64,000 nt of DNA from Octopus sinensis (lineage: Eukaryota), in contig NC_043008.1 of assembly GCF_006345805.1 (NCBI RefSeq), forward strand, positions 19,964,001 through 20,028,000. The letters are read 5' to 3'. Position 1 is the stretch's first letter. The number at the start of each line of letters is the position of its first letter. The translations under genes were made by a program, and so were the position numbers. The notes under the pieces are model-generated. The model did no database searches, had not been told where the DNA came from, and saw only the letters and a program-made list of their open reading frames with translations. Below, one piece after another: positions 63,970 through 64,000 of this stretch.

Positions 63970-64000
<31 letters not shown>
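63937..64000. repeat. (CTA)n microsatellite running off the window end
   Basis: Read directly from the sequence. Confidence 0.95.

Overview
Very AT-rich eukaryotic DNA saturated with repeats, with one 100-N scaffold gap (6004-6103). The SINE, LINE and microsatellite make-up points to a coleoid cephalopod, most likely an octopus; this is an inference from recognising repeat types, not a database hit. No host protein-coding gene, rRNA, true tRNA or CRISPR array can be supported, and most ORF-track entries are translated microsatellites or SINEs. Contents: (1) about 35 copies or fragments of tRNA-derived SINEs from at least three families, labelled A/A', B and C here; (2) six R4/Dong-clade RLE non-LTR retrotransposon pieces, all on the + strand, including a 3-kb disrupted RT-CCHC-RLE copy embedded in (TAA)n; (3) RTE, HERO-like and CR1/Jockey-like LINE relics; (4) four mariner pieces, a Chapaev3-like relic, a complete non-autonomous Helitron and a Helentron/HINE-type element; (5) several rearranged Penelope-like (PLE) remnants carrying minimal hammerhead-ribozyme folds. 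These folds are the most interesting signal: one has a canonical core next to a GIY-YIG C-terminus (21378-21463), two have variant cores (G3-C8 at 11513-11557; CUGUUGA-A at 51166-51203), and two more are broken relics. A second notable pattern is that SINE-A inserts immediately before GGT in 7 of 8 scorable 3' junctions, including into its own internal GGTATT motif, which explains the SINE dimers.
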